Of a DNA stretch of 64,000 nt, positions 25,101 to 36,586 are shown in pieces. Origin of the DNA: Ranitomeya imitator (Eukaryota); assembly GCF_032444005.1 (NCBI RefSeq), contig NC_091285.1:632276001-632340000 (forward strand), given 5' to 3'. Position 1 is the stretch's first letter, and each line of letters begins with the position of its first letter. The notes under the pieces were generated by a model. The model was not told the DNA's origin, did no database searches, and was given only the letters and a program-made list of their open reading frames with translations. A program made the translations under genes and the position numbers.

Positions 25101-25231
25101 CTGTGTCTGGCAAAGTCCTGGTGAAGGAGGAATGCGCCCAGGGTCCAGAGTATTGGTGCCGGGATCTGGACACAGCGGTGCATTGTGGAGCCGTGGAACA
25201 TTGTCAACAGAATGTATGGAAGGAAGATGAC
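25101..25231 (+). CDS. SFTPB: SFTPB exon 2 (N-terminal saposin A-type domain)
   Basis: Acceptor ttccacag, donor gtaaga; translates (A)VSGKVLVKEECAQGPEYWCRDLDTAVHCGAVEHCQQNVWKEDD, matching the CAQGPEFWC...C...HC..VW motif of SP-B. Confidence 0.95.
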
Positions 25232-25603
25232 GTAAGATCTGAGCTCATCAATGGATTCACGTGACAATCATTTCATGTGATACCGACAGTAACACTGTAT
25301 TTAGATTATTGAAGAAGATCATTTGTTCTTTATTGCATATGATGATCTGCATGTGAAAAAGATTCTTTGTATCCATATGTGACTTTACTCAAAAGGCCAC
25401 AGACCATCTGTAGCTGAATAAAGACATGGTGCATTCAATTTTTCCGCAATATCATCAAGGTGCAGTGGCATGTAAAAGTTTGGACACCCCTGGTCAAAAT
25501 TACTGTTATTGCGAACAGTTAAGCAAGTTGAAGATGAAATTATTTCTAAAAGGCCTAAAGTTAAAGATGACAAATTCCTTTGCATCTTCAGCCAAAAAAA
25601 GTA

Positions 25604-26258
25604 CCGTATTTTCTGGCGTATAAGACGACTGGGCGTATAAGACGACCCCCAACTTTTCCATATAAAATATGGAATTTGGGATATGCCCGCCGCATAAGAC
25701 GGGGGCCATCTTATACGCCCAGTCATCTTATACGGCGTGTGGTTCCCAGGGTCTGGAGGAGAAAAGACTCTCCTTCAGGCCCTGGGATCCATATTCATGT
25801 AAAAAATAAAGAATAAAAATAAAAAACATGGATATAGTCACCCTCGGACGGGCCCTGGATCACAGCGCTGCTAGCGTCCGCCTCCGTTCCTTAGAATGCG
25901 GTGAGTGAAGGACCTTCGATGACGTCGCGGTCACATGAGCGGTCAGGTGACCGCAACGTCATCGAAGGTCCTTCACTCACCGCATTCTAAGGAACGGAGG
26001 GAGACGCTAGCAGCGGTGACAGCCAGGGCCCGTCCGAGGGTGACTATATCCATGTTTTTTATTTTTATTCTTTATTTTTTACATGAATATGGATCCCAGG
26101 GCCTGAAGGAGAGTCTCCTCTTCTCCAGACCCTTGGAACCACACGCCGAAATGCAGGATCGCTCCCTGCACACGCCGTACCCAGCGTATAAGACGACCCC
26201 CGACTTTTGGGACAATTTTTTGGGGTCAAAAAGTCGTCTTATACGTCGGGAAATACGG
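25604..26258. mobile_element. Tc2/pogo-like MITE nested in the Tc1 remnant
   Basis: Ends CCGTATTTTCTGGCGTATAAGACGAC ... GTCGTCTTATACGTCGGGAAATACGG, TA flanks, palindromic interior. Confidence 0.8.
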
Positions 26259-26778
26259 TATATATTTTCATCTTTTACATTTTACAAATTACAAAAAGGA
26301 AAATGGACTGTTGCAAAAGTGTGTGCACCCTGAATGGTTAGTACCTAGTAGCACCCATTTTGAAAGTATCACAGCTCGTTAAACGCTTTTTGTAGCCAAA
26401 GATCTTTCAGTTCTTGTTCAAGTGATTTTCATCCATTCTTCCTTGGAAAATTCTTCCAGTTCTGTGAGATTTCAGGGGCGTCTTGCATGCACTGCTATTT
26501 TGAGGTCTAGTCACAGATTTTCAATGATGTTCAGATCAGGAGACTGTGAGGGCCACTGTAAAACAATCAGCTTGTTCCTTTTAAGGTCGTCTATAGAGGA
26601 TTTTGATGTGTGATTAGGATCATTATCCATTTGTAGAAGACATCCTCTTGTCAACTTCAGCTATTTTACAGATGGTGTTATGTTTGCATCAAGAATTTGT
26701 TGAAATTTCATTGAATCCATTCTTCCCTCTACTTGTGAAATGCTCCCCGTGCCATTAGCTGCAACACATCCCCAAAGC

Positions 26779-27541
26779 TGTTATGATCTGGTGGCCTAGG
26801 AGCAGCATGAGACGGACTCTGGAGAAGGTGGTCCCTGTACTGACCGCAAACCCTGAACCTGGCAGCGCAACTAGAAGTAGCCGTGGGGGGTACCTAACAC
26901 TCCCTAGACCCCTCAGCACAGCCTAAGATCTAACTACCCCTAAAGACAGAAACAGGAAACCTATCTTGCCTCAGAGAAAATCCCCAAAGGATAGATAGCC
27001 CCCCACAAATATTGACTGTGAGAGGAGAGGGAAATAACATACGCAGATATGAAATGAGATTTTAGCATAGGAGGCCATACTAGCTAAAAAGAAAGAAAAG
27101 AACAGAGTACTATGCGGTCAGTATAAAAACACTAGAAAATATCCACCGCAGAAAATACGGATCACCACATCTGACTAAAGACATGGGAGGTATATCTGCA
27201 TCTCCAGAGAAATAGCTAGGCTGCAAAAAATCCTTCACAGACTAAGCTGGACAAGACAAAAACATGAAAAAGCACAGAACTATAAGGTCCACTGCAGGTG
27301 GACAGAAAAAACAAAGCCAGGACTTATCTTTGTAGAAAAGCACAGCAAACTGGAGAGACCAGCAGGGAAGTGAATCCTTCCAGAACAATGGACAACTGGC
27401 ACTGACTAAAGGATCCTGCAAAGCTATATACCCCAGTCAGTTTTGCAATTAGTAGATACACCTGTCCACTCCTTCAGTCCAGGCATAACTGCATTACCCT
27501 CTACAACCACCGGAGGGAGCCCAAAAGCTGAATTCACAACA
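26779..27541. mobile_element. Solo LTR nested in the Tc1 remnant
   Basis: TG...CA ends; CAAAGC duplicated on both sides; same family as 1-589. Confidence 0.85.
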
Positions 27542-29020
27542 CAAAGCATGATTGATCCACCCCAATGCTTAATGGTTGTCGAGATGTTCTTTTCCTGAAA
27601 TTCTTTGCCCTTTTTTCCCACACATACTGTACCTTTGATCATTGTGGCCAAAGATTTCTATTTTAACCTCATCAGTCGACAGGATTTGTTTCCAAAATGC
27701 ATCAGACTTGTTTTAGATGTTCTTTTGCATACTTCTGACCCTGAATTTTATGGTGAGGATGAAGGAGAGGTTTTCTTCTTATGACTCTTCCATGAAGGCC
27801 ATATCTGTGCAGGTGACTCTGAACAGTAGAACAATTTACCACAACTCCAGAGTCTCCTAAATATTTCTGAAGGTCTTTTGCAGTCAAGCAGGGTTTCTGA
27901 TTTGCCTCTCTAGCAATCCTACGAGCAGCTCTCATGAAATTTTTCTTGGGCTTCCAGACCTTATCTTGACCACCACTGTTCCTCTTAGCTGTCATTTCTT
28001 AATTACATTTTGAATTGAGGAAAAGGAAACTTGAAAACACTTTGCTATCATCTTATAGCCTTCTCCTGCTTTGTGGGCCTCCACCATTTTCATTTTCAGA
28101 GTGCTACACAGTTGCTTAGAAGAACCCATGGCTGCTGTTTTTTGGCACAAGGTCAGAGGATTCTGGGTTTATATAAAACTGGGAAATTTGCGTCACTTGG
28201 CATTTCCTAACGATTATAATGAACAAGCCATAACCCTAACAGGCTAATTAAGGTCTGAAACCTTGGTCAAAGTTATCTGAGCACACAAATCTACAAGGGT
28301 GCCCAAACTTTTGCATTTTCCTTTTTGCAATTTTTGAAATGTAAAAAATGACTATGTAATTTATTTTGTTTTGCCTAAAGTGCAAAGGAAATGTGTCTTC
28401 TATAACTTTAGGCCTCTCTGAGATCATTTCATCTTCAACTTGCTTAACTGTTCACAATAACAGTAATTTTGACCAGGGGTGCCCAAACTTTTACATGTAA
28501 TTGTAGCTTGGTTCTGGTGGTACGGCAATACAACTTTGGTAGGAGAGCGATCAGACATTTGAGTATTAAAAAATGTGTTGTACAGGTCTGTTCACACTGC
28601 CATCAGAGGCAAAACTAGTGATAAATAATGTTAGAAGCCCCAACAGACCCGATGGGAACCACCATAATAGAATATGTTCTGTCGCTCGCTATAGAGATCC
28701 ATTGTTTAGTAGATCCAGCACAGCATTCTTGCCTTTGCTATGAATGGAAGCCACGATGCAGATCTTTATCCTTACTCTCTGTGCCAACGGCACCTAAATT
28801 CTGGTTCCGCAACAAGCTCTCAATGTTAGCGGCCTTGTTAGGGGAAACCTTCCCCCCCATCTACTACATTTGATTTACGTGATATTGTACATTTGAGTGC
28901 TATACCTATATTTTTATCCATTCAGGGGACCTATTTGATGCTGTGTTATTTCACATCCATTTTATGATTGTTCTTATTATTATTTATATTAGTAATTATT
29001 ATTACAGAGTTTAATATATA

Positions 29021-30231
29021 GGCCCCATCCTGGTATAATGTCCCTCATTATGGGCCCCATCCAGTAATAATGTCTCCCATCCTGGGTCCCTTCCTGTAGT
29101 AATGTCCGCCAATGCCATCCTGACCTCTTCCTATAATAATGTTCTCCATCCCGGGCCCCTTCCTGTAATAATGTCCCACATCCTGGGCTCCTTCCTGTAA
29201 TAAAGTCACCATCCTGAGCCCCATCATGTAATAATGTCCCTCATCCTGGGCTCCTTCCTCTAATAATGTCACCATCCTGAACCCCATCTTATAATAATAA
29301 CCCACATCCTGGGCCCCTTCCTGTAATAATGTCACGATTCGGAGCCCCATTCTGTAATAATGTCCCCCTTCCTGTAATAATGTCACCATCCTGAGCCCCA
29401 TCCTGTAATAATGTCCCCCATCCTGGGCCCCTTCCTGTAATAATGTCACCATCCTGAGCCCCATCTTATAATAATAACCCCCATCCTGGGCCCTTTCCTG
29501 TAATAATGTCACCATCCTGAGCCCCATCTTATAATAATAACCCACATCCTGGTCCCCTTCCTGTAATAATGTCACGATTCGGAGCCCCATTCTGTAATAA
29601 TGTCCCCCTTCCTGTAATAATGTCCCCCATCCTGGGCCCCTTCCTGTAATAATGTCACCATCCTGAGCCCCATCTTATAATAATAATCCCCATCATGAGC
29701 CCCTTCCTGTAATAAGGTCACAATTCTGAGCCCCATCCTGTAATAATGTCCCCCATCCTGGGCCCCTTCCTGTAATAATGTCACCATACTGAGCCCCAGC
29801 CTGTAATAATGTCCCCCATCCTGGGCCCCTTTCTGTAATAATGTCACCATCCTGAGCCCCATCTTATAATAATAACCCCCATCCTGGGCCCCTTCCTGTA
29901 ATAATGTCACCATCCTGAGCCCCATCTTATAATAATAATCCCCATCATGAGCCCCTTCCTGTAATAAGGTCACAATTCTGAGCCCCATCCTGTAATAATG
30001 TCCCCCATCCTGGGCCCCTTCCTGTAATAATGTCACCATACTGAGCCCCAGCCTGTAATAATGTCCCCCATCCTGGGCCCCTTTCTGTAATAATGTCACC
30101 ATCCTGAGCCCCATCTTATAATAATAACCCCCATCCTGGGCCCCTTCCTGTAATAATGTCACCATCCTGAGCCCCATCTTATAATAATAACCCCCATCCT
30201 GGGCCCCTTCCTGTAATAATGTCACCATCCC
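29021..30231. repeat. ~31-bp minisatellite with higher-order variant pattern (SFTPB intron 2)
   Basis: Alternating CCCCATCCTGGGCCCCTTCCTGTAATAATGT and CACCATCCTGAGCCCCATCTTATAATAATAA units. Confidence 0.95.
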
Positions 30232-30424
30232 CAAGACAATTCAGCTGAATGTGTGTCCTTGGACTCAATTGCAGCTTAAATAGGTGCTAGCTTTGGCGGG
30301 CCCTCCTCCCAAAGTGGCCCAATCACAGCCGCACCTCTATAACAGCCAGGTTATGAGCCATTATATAAATGACCAGGTAACTGACCCTCCTACTATTCAA
30401 TGATTTGTCTCTTCCTCCAAACAG

Positions 30425-30496
30425 GTTGTCCTGTGCTTGCAGTGTAAGCAGATTGTCACCATCCTCATTAACATGGCGAAGTCATCCCCAATCCAG
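30425..30496 (+). CDS. SFTPB: SFTPB exon 3 (start of saposin B domain 1)
   Basis: 72 nt, phase 0/0: VVLCLQCKQIVTILINMAKSSPIQ; compare human [24 protein letters not shown] (recalled). Confidence 0.92.
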
Positions 30497-31106
30497 GTAT
30501 GGTCTATACTGACCGATCGGACCACCGTATATTACAGCTTGTTGAAATCCATGCTGATCCCATCATATAAGCTTTTGAAGGAATCTAACCAATAAAAAAC
30601 ATCTCAAGGGGTTATCCTTTGAGATTTATGTCATATCCATAAGCTTTGCTATAAATGTCAGACAGATCCGGGTTCCAAATATTGGTGAATTAAAAATTGA
30701 AAAGCGCGCTTGCTCCCTCATTTTTGGAAGTTCTATAATAATGAATTGGGAGAGATGCGCAAGTGCAGCCAACCGTCCATTTCCAGCATCGCCTAACAGG
30801 ACCCCATTCCTGATATGAACGAGCGTCCCACCAGTATAAATCTAATAGATGGGTCGCCTCCATTAAGTGGCTGGTACATTTTCAGACATGTTTCTCAGTT
30901 ATTCTCATCAGTGGTTGCCAACAATTCCAGAATACCATGTATGCTTACATTGATATTTTCTCCTGCTCCTATGTATGAAAAAGTGATGAGGAATTGCTCA
31001 TAGCGCATGTGTGGATCAAACAGTAAACATGTGCTGTGAGACTGAGCGTTTCAGATCACTTAGGACAATACATTTATTGAGGATCATAGAGTAAGGAAAG
31101 GTTTAA

Positions 31107-31636
31107 AGGAAATCCGTCAGTAGGATCGCCCCCTACTAAGCCATCTGCAATATACGAACATGCAGATCATAGAAAGTAAAATAAAATGATATTTTGATGT
31201 CTGTGATCCTATATCTTGTTCCAGAAAAATCCACGTTTTTGTTAATATGTAAATGAGCTGTTAAGATCTATGGGCCGGACATAGATCTTCCTGAAAAGCT
31301 GCCGCCAGAGATTATTGTAAATGAAAGGGAGAGATACCAGTGTGAGACATGTAACGACTGACAGTCTGCTCTCCTGATCTACATGTCAGAAGACATGTAG
31401 CAACACCTGATTAATTCTGGTAACACTAGAAAAACCTCCTTTCATGTAAAATAATCTCTGGAGGCAGATTCTCAAGAAGATCTATGTCTGGCCCATAGAT
31501 CTTAACAGCTCATTTACATATTAAGAAAAATGTGGATTACTCTGGAATCCATCAGATCAAGGTATCATTTTATTCAACTTTCTATGACCTACATGCCCAC
31601 ACAGACAGGAAGATTGATCCTTCTGACAGATTCCAT
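31107..31636. mobile_element. T2/Kolobok-type MITE
   Basis: TTAA-flanked, imperfect AGGAAATCCGTCAG...CTGACAGATTCCAT termini, internal inverted repeats. Confidence 0.75.
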
Positions 31637-32152
31637 TTAAAGTCTTCAGGCCGGCAAAATGTTGCAGGGTGCGGTAGCTCTCACTAGGCCAACTAAAACA
31701 AGAGCTGTTGAGGGGAGTGACTGAACCAATAGGACAGAGAGTGTCGTCTACTTATTAGGCAGCTATATATCTGTCTATTTACTACTAGGAATGAATCGCC
31801 TAAATTTATGTACAGAACACCTATATTCATGAAGGGTATAAAATAAACAGACACTCAGTCAAGCCTGGGAGATTAGTGGAAATCCCAAGCCTGGGTACTT
31901 CTTATTATCACCAAATGTAAATTCAATCCCAGTAATTTTTAATTTGGTGTAATGGCTGCTCTAACAATGGAAGTCTCAATCAGGGAAAAAATGCATTCGG
32001 GAGGTTCGGGAGGATAGTAGTTGCCATTAAAAAACAATTGTAAGTCTGGATGTTAGACGCACTCGTTTATCTGAATTCCAGTATGACATTGATTGAGTTA
32101 AAGGGAGATAGACAAGTTATGTTTCCCATTGCGTTACTATGCCTGACATTAA

Positions 32153-32653
32153 AGGGAATCTGTCACCTTAATTTGGAGGGCTATGTAAATGCCCTGAGTC
32201 CGGTCCGATGTTTCTTCTTTTTTCCTCCACCCCATCCTTCCCCGCTGTCCACAATATTTTCCGGAATTTAAGTAGGTGTCCTCCAGAGTTCGCGCGTGCG
32301 CAATGCAATTTTGTCTTGCGCACGCGCAGTATGCTTTGCCCATCTGCGGGCAAAGCTGAAAAGCATTGCTGCGCATGCACCGGCGCACAGAGAAACACTT
32401 CCGGAACATAGTATGCCGGTGCATGTGCAGTAATGCTTTTCGGCTTTGCCCGCAGATGGGCAAAGTATACTGCCCATGCGCGAGACAAGATTGCATTGCG
32501 CACACGCGAACTATGGAGGACACCTACTCCAATTCCGGAAAATATTGCGGACAGCGGGGAAGGATGGGGTGGAGAAAAGAAGACAAAACACCCCCCATCG
32601 GACCGGACACAGGGCATTTACATAGCCCGCCAAATTCAGGTGACAGATTCCCT
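32153..32653. mobile_element. T2/Kolobok-type MITE, near-perfect palindrome
   Basis: TTAA|AGGGAATCTGTCACC ... GGTGACAGATTCCCT|TTAA. Confidence 0.85.
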
Positions 32654-32710
32654 TTAAATACACCAATCCAGGTAGCTCCTCTAATCTTATGCAATGTCTT
32701 CTGCTTGCAG

Positions 32711-32830
32711 ACCTTTATCAAAAATTTTCTACATGACCAATGTTCTAGAATCCCTCCATTTCAGACAGAATGCATTAAGATGGTGGACGAGTATGAAGAT
32801 GTCTTATTAACAGTTCTGGAAAAGCAGTTT
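32711..32830 (+). CDS. SFTPB: SFTPB exon 4
   Basis: cttgcag/gtaagt; TFIKNFLHDQCSRIPPFQTECIKMVDEYEDVLLTVLEKQF with saposin Cys spacing. Confidence 0.92.
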
Positions 32831-33805
32831 GTAAGTAACCAGCTGCTTAATGCAACACCCCATGATCCATATATCATCATCATTAAAGATACACAGGGCC
32901 AGACCTACCTATAGGCATAGTAGGTATTGCCTCTAGACCGCCCTGCTGGAAGGCTGCAGAGGACACCACATGCCTTGTACTCTATTAATGAAAATGTTCG
33001 ATAGGTGGTTGACATGACCCGGCTAATGCACACCAAGTCATGTGGAACTATATGAAGGTAAAGTTCATCTCAAGGAAAAGGGAGTCCACACCCTTATTTG
33101 CACAAATAGGTGTCCATTAGCCGAGTTTCAGTCCTCCCCAGCCCTTATCCACATGCACGTCACTTGACAAATGGTAAGGTTTTAATACTAGAGGTTAGGA
33201 CCATCCCAAATAGGGTCACCTTGACGTGGTGGTATTGCTTTTACTTTTTTTTTAATCAAAATGATGTTAACTAAGCACTCTATATTATTTTCATGCCCTA
33301 TTGCTATTTATTTATTGCAGGGTGTTTGTTTATTTTGTCTTGGGTTTTATCTGCTTATTGGCCGGTGTGAACATGCGCCTACACGCTGCATGCACGTTAA
33401 TTTATAGTCCAGTTCACCTCTTTAGGTCTTAAGGCCCTCATACAAAATAAATTGACGTCGGACAAACCCGCCAATATTAATGAGTTCGGCTGATATTTAT
33501 TGTGTACGAGGGACCTCCCCGACGAATGATTGTAAAGATCCAGCATGTCCAATTTTAGACTGCTGATCTTTTTGGTCCCAAAGAGATAAGCCCCCACTAG
33601 AGATGATTGGCCGCAGCTTAGCGAGTGTTCCAGTGTATAGTAAAGCCGGGCAAGATAGCTGTCAGCCGAAAGATTGACCGAACCGTTGGTCGGCCAACAG
33701 CTATCTAAAATGTACGGGGCTTAAGAAGGCAGACTGTGCCGTAGTCACCAGTAGTGTAAATCCAGTACAGAAAATGTCTTATTTAAGTCATCCATTGTCT
33801 TACAG

Positions 33806-33955
33806 AATCCGACCTCAATCTGCACTAAACTAAGAGTATGCCAATCTGATGAATCCCTCCACTGGGATCCAGATCTTCTCTTCAAACCATCGCTGGAGAT
33901 TATCTTGCCGCTCGTCCAGCAGACTATACAGACCATGCACGCCAAGGCGACACAG
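33806..33955 (+). CDS. SFTPB: SFTPB exon 5
   Basis: ttacag/gtaaga; NPTSICTKLRVCQSDESLHWDPDLLFKPSLEIILPLVQQTIQTMHAKATQ completes saposin domain 1 (IC..L.VC). Confidence 0.9.
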
Positions 33956-34115
33956 GTAAGAGGAGGTCTTGGGGCTGTGTCTGGAGCAATCATAGACCCT
34001 TATAAACCTGATGTAGGCTACACCCACCACCGATGGCCACCTGTCCTCGTGCCCTTTGGTATTTTGATTAGCAAATTCAATAATGCACAAAATAATCTGT
34101 ATTGATGATTCGCAG

Positions 34116-34202
34116 GACACGAAAGCGGAATGGCCGATCCCCATGCCACTTTGCTGGATGTGTAAATCATTTGTGCAGAAATTCGAAGCAGCGATCCCAA
34201 AG
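34116..34202 (+). CDS. SFTPB: SFTPB exon 6 (start of mature SP-B)
   Basis: DTKAEWPIPMPLCWMCKSFVQKFEAAIPK, homologous to the SP-B hallmark [24 protein letters not shown]. Confidence 0.97.
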
Positions 34203-34309
34203 GTAAATTCAGTATTCCCTGTACCGAATATACTGCATATGTGTGGTCATGAATAGAAGCGCACAGACGTATATATACCCGCCTGCTGATAGATATCTCA
34301 TATATACAG

Positions 34310-34493
34310 GAAGCCATTGCAAAGGGTGCGTCACAGCTATGCCTCGCACTGCCACTGAAGCTGAGTGGGGTGTGCCAGTGCTTGGTAGAGAAGTATGTCG
34401 TTATTATACTGGAAACTATATTGGGAAAACTGGGACCAAAACTGGTGTGCGGACTGTTATTCATGTGTGTTTCGGAAGAAAACTGTGGGGCAG
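34310..34493 (+). CDS. SFTPB: SFTPB exon 7 (mature SP-B)
   Basis: EAIAKGASQLCLALPLKLSGVCQCLVEKYVVIILETILGKLGPKLVCGLLFMCVSEENCGA; CQC motif; ends in phase 1 at G|GTGAGT. Confidence 0.97.
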
Positions 34494-34600
34494 GTGAGTG
34501 CTTTCCTGACATTTCTATATTCCATAAGATCTGATGATCTTCCTCCAGTAAATGGCAATTTTAAGTATGTAACCTACAGATCCATATTTCTTTGTATTAG

Positions 34601-34764
34601 ATAATTATCCCGCGGTGATGCCAGTGCTGGAATCTGATCTCACCTGTGACACTTGTCTGGCCATCACCTCCATTGTGAAGAGTACGCATGGTGCCAACAT
34701 GACTCAAGAAGGAATCAGTGTGGCTCTCTCCAGGGTGTGCACCTCCGCAAAGGACTGGAAGGAG
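34601..34764 (+). CDS. SFTPB: SFTPB exon 8 (saposin B domain 3)
   Basis: Phase 1/0; DNYPAVMPVLESDLTCDTCLAITSIVKSTHGANMTQEGISVALSRVCTSAKDWKE; CxxC motif and an N-M-T glycosylation sequon. Confidence 0.92.
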
Positions 34765-36586
34765 GTAAGAAGGCAGCGGTGTGACTAAAGGAGCTGCAGA
34801 TGCAGGCTATAGGGCCAGATTATAAGAAGGGCCCCCGTAATACAAATTCAAGAACCTCCTTCCCTACTATCCGCCTGGTAATCGTATCTGGCAAAGACGA
34901 GGTGACCAGACATGCATGCAAGACTCTTAGGTTAGATTCTAGGACCACCTTCCCACTTCTCTACATTTTTTCCGTTGTCTGCACCAACATCCTTAGTAGA
35001 AATCTGCTCTGATTATTGCATTTTTTTATGTTTTTTTTTTGCTTTGCTTTACCCTTTTTTTTATGTGGATTTGAAATGACGTGTTTTTAATGGATTTTTT
35101 TGTGCGAAACCACAAGAATTCTGCACCTATAAAGATAATTACTAGTGATGAGCGAGTGTACTCGTTGCTCGGGTTTTCCTGAGCACGTTCGGGTGACCTC
35201 CGAGTATTTATGACTGCTCGGAGATTTAGTTTTCATCGCGGCAGCTGAATGATTTACAATGCTCGGACTGGCCAGCGGCTCTTCCGACCCGAGCGTGATC
35301 ACTTCATATATTTTTATGCAGCTGTCACAGTCGGGACGGATGAGCCGCCGGTCAGACCAAGCATTGCGGTCCGATCAGAGTCCGATTTATACGGCCGTCT
35401 GACTGCACCTTTACATGCCTCTTTCAGGCTCTCCATAAAAGCAAAACAAAGACTCTGTAAACTCACAGTGACCATTAGTTTTCTGCACAAATCCATGCAT
35501 TGCACAGAGCACAGCTTTTATATGTGCGAACATGGCTAAGGCTTCGGAGTATTTCGCAGCTGTTTTGTAGGATTGTAAAAAAAAATGGACTCCCAAAATT
35601 CATGACGTGCTTTACAGGTAGTATAGAGTGGAGTTTTCTTTACAGAGATATTTACTTTGCCTTCTCCATACACCTCGGTGGAGAGAGCCACGCACATGAG
35701 CTACCATCTCTGCTATATGTAAAGCTGGGCAGGAAAAGTCTGTATCCGAGACACAGCGTGGGGCTGTAGGGTTTCATTCGGCCGAGTGTGATTTGTAAAC
35801 CCCGAACACCAGTGAAACACGTGAGGGAAGATATTGTCACACTATCGGTACTGCTTCCTTGAGGGTCGGTGGCAGCAGCCTGCGATGTAGTGTGGTGGAG
35901 GGGATGAGCAAGGAAGAAGGAGAGGCCATCATAGATAACAACAGAACGGCCTTCGCTGAGGTAAAAGCTGAAGAACAGACATAACGGGCATAACATGGCC
36001 ACTTTGATTTGACAGAGTTGCCAAAGAGGTGACTGTACATGGCGACACTTTACATTTCTTTTTTCAAGGAGACTTCTCAGTCATTAGTTTCCGTCATTAG
36101 AACCTTCTTCACCGCAGTTGCCTTTCCAGATGCTTCCATGAGGCAAGAGTTAAACTTCCTTCTCTAAATCTTCCACACTAGGTTGGCGACTTGTAATCCA
36201 CCTCTGGTATGAAGGCGACCTTGTCCAGTCCACAGAGGTCTCAGGACCACCAATAGCTTCTCCATCGTGGTTCCCAACTACGATCCCGTTTGGGCCTCTC
36301 CCAGCTTCCAACTGAGCCACTTTGATGGCTTCCTGTTCTGGTAGCCTCTTCTTTCTGTCTGGTTGATGGTCACTGTGCTGTAACTACAGGCACCCTGGTG
36401 GACTAGGCCTCTACAGCACCTTAGGGTCGTCTCAGATGTCGGTGATAATCAGTCTGATGTCGGATCACAACGCACGAACCGGCTGCACATCTCCTGACCC
36501 GAAAGTGACAGCTTTAGATCAATTTACATGCGGAAAATCTCCACAAAATTTCTTAATATTCTCATTAATCAGCTAGTTCTGTATAA

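Larger units (their letters stand above)
25463..28503 (-). mobile_element. Decayed Tc1 element with two nested insertions (SFTPB intron 2)
   Basis: ~80-bp TIRs (CAGTGGCATGTAAAAGTTTGGACACCCCTGGTCAAAATTACTG... and its complement); frameshifted transposase fragments (...LHRYGLHGRVIRRKPLL..., TTIKHWGGSIML). Confidence 0.9.

Noticed and set aside
29048-30234. Repetitive ORFs (MGLRMVTLLQEGAQDGGYYYK)n
   Set aside because: Minisatellite translation.
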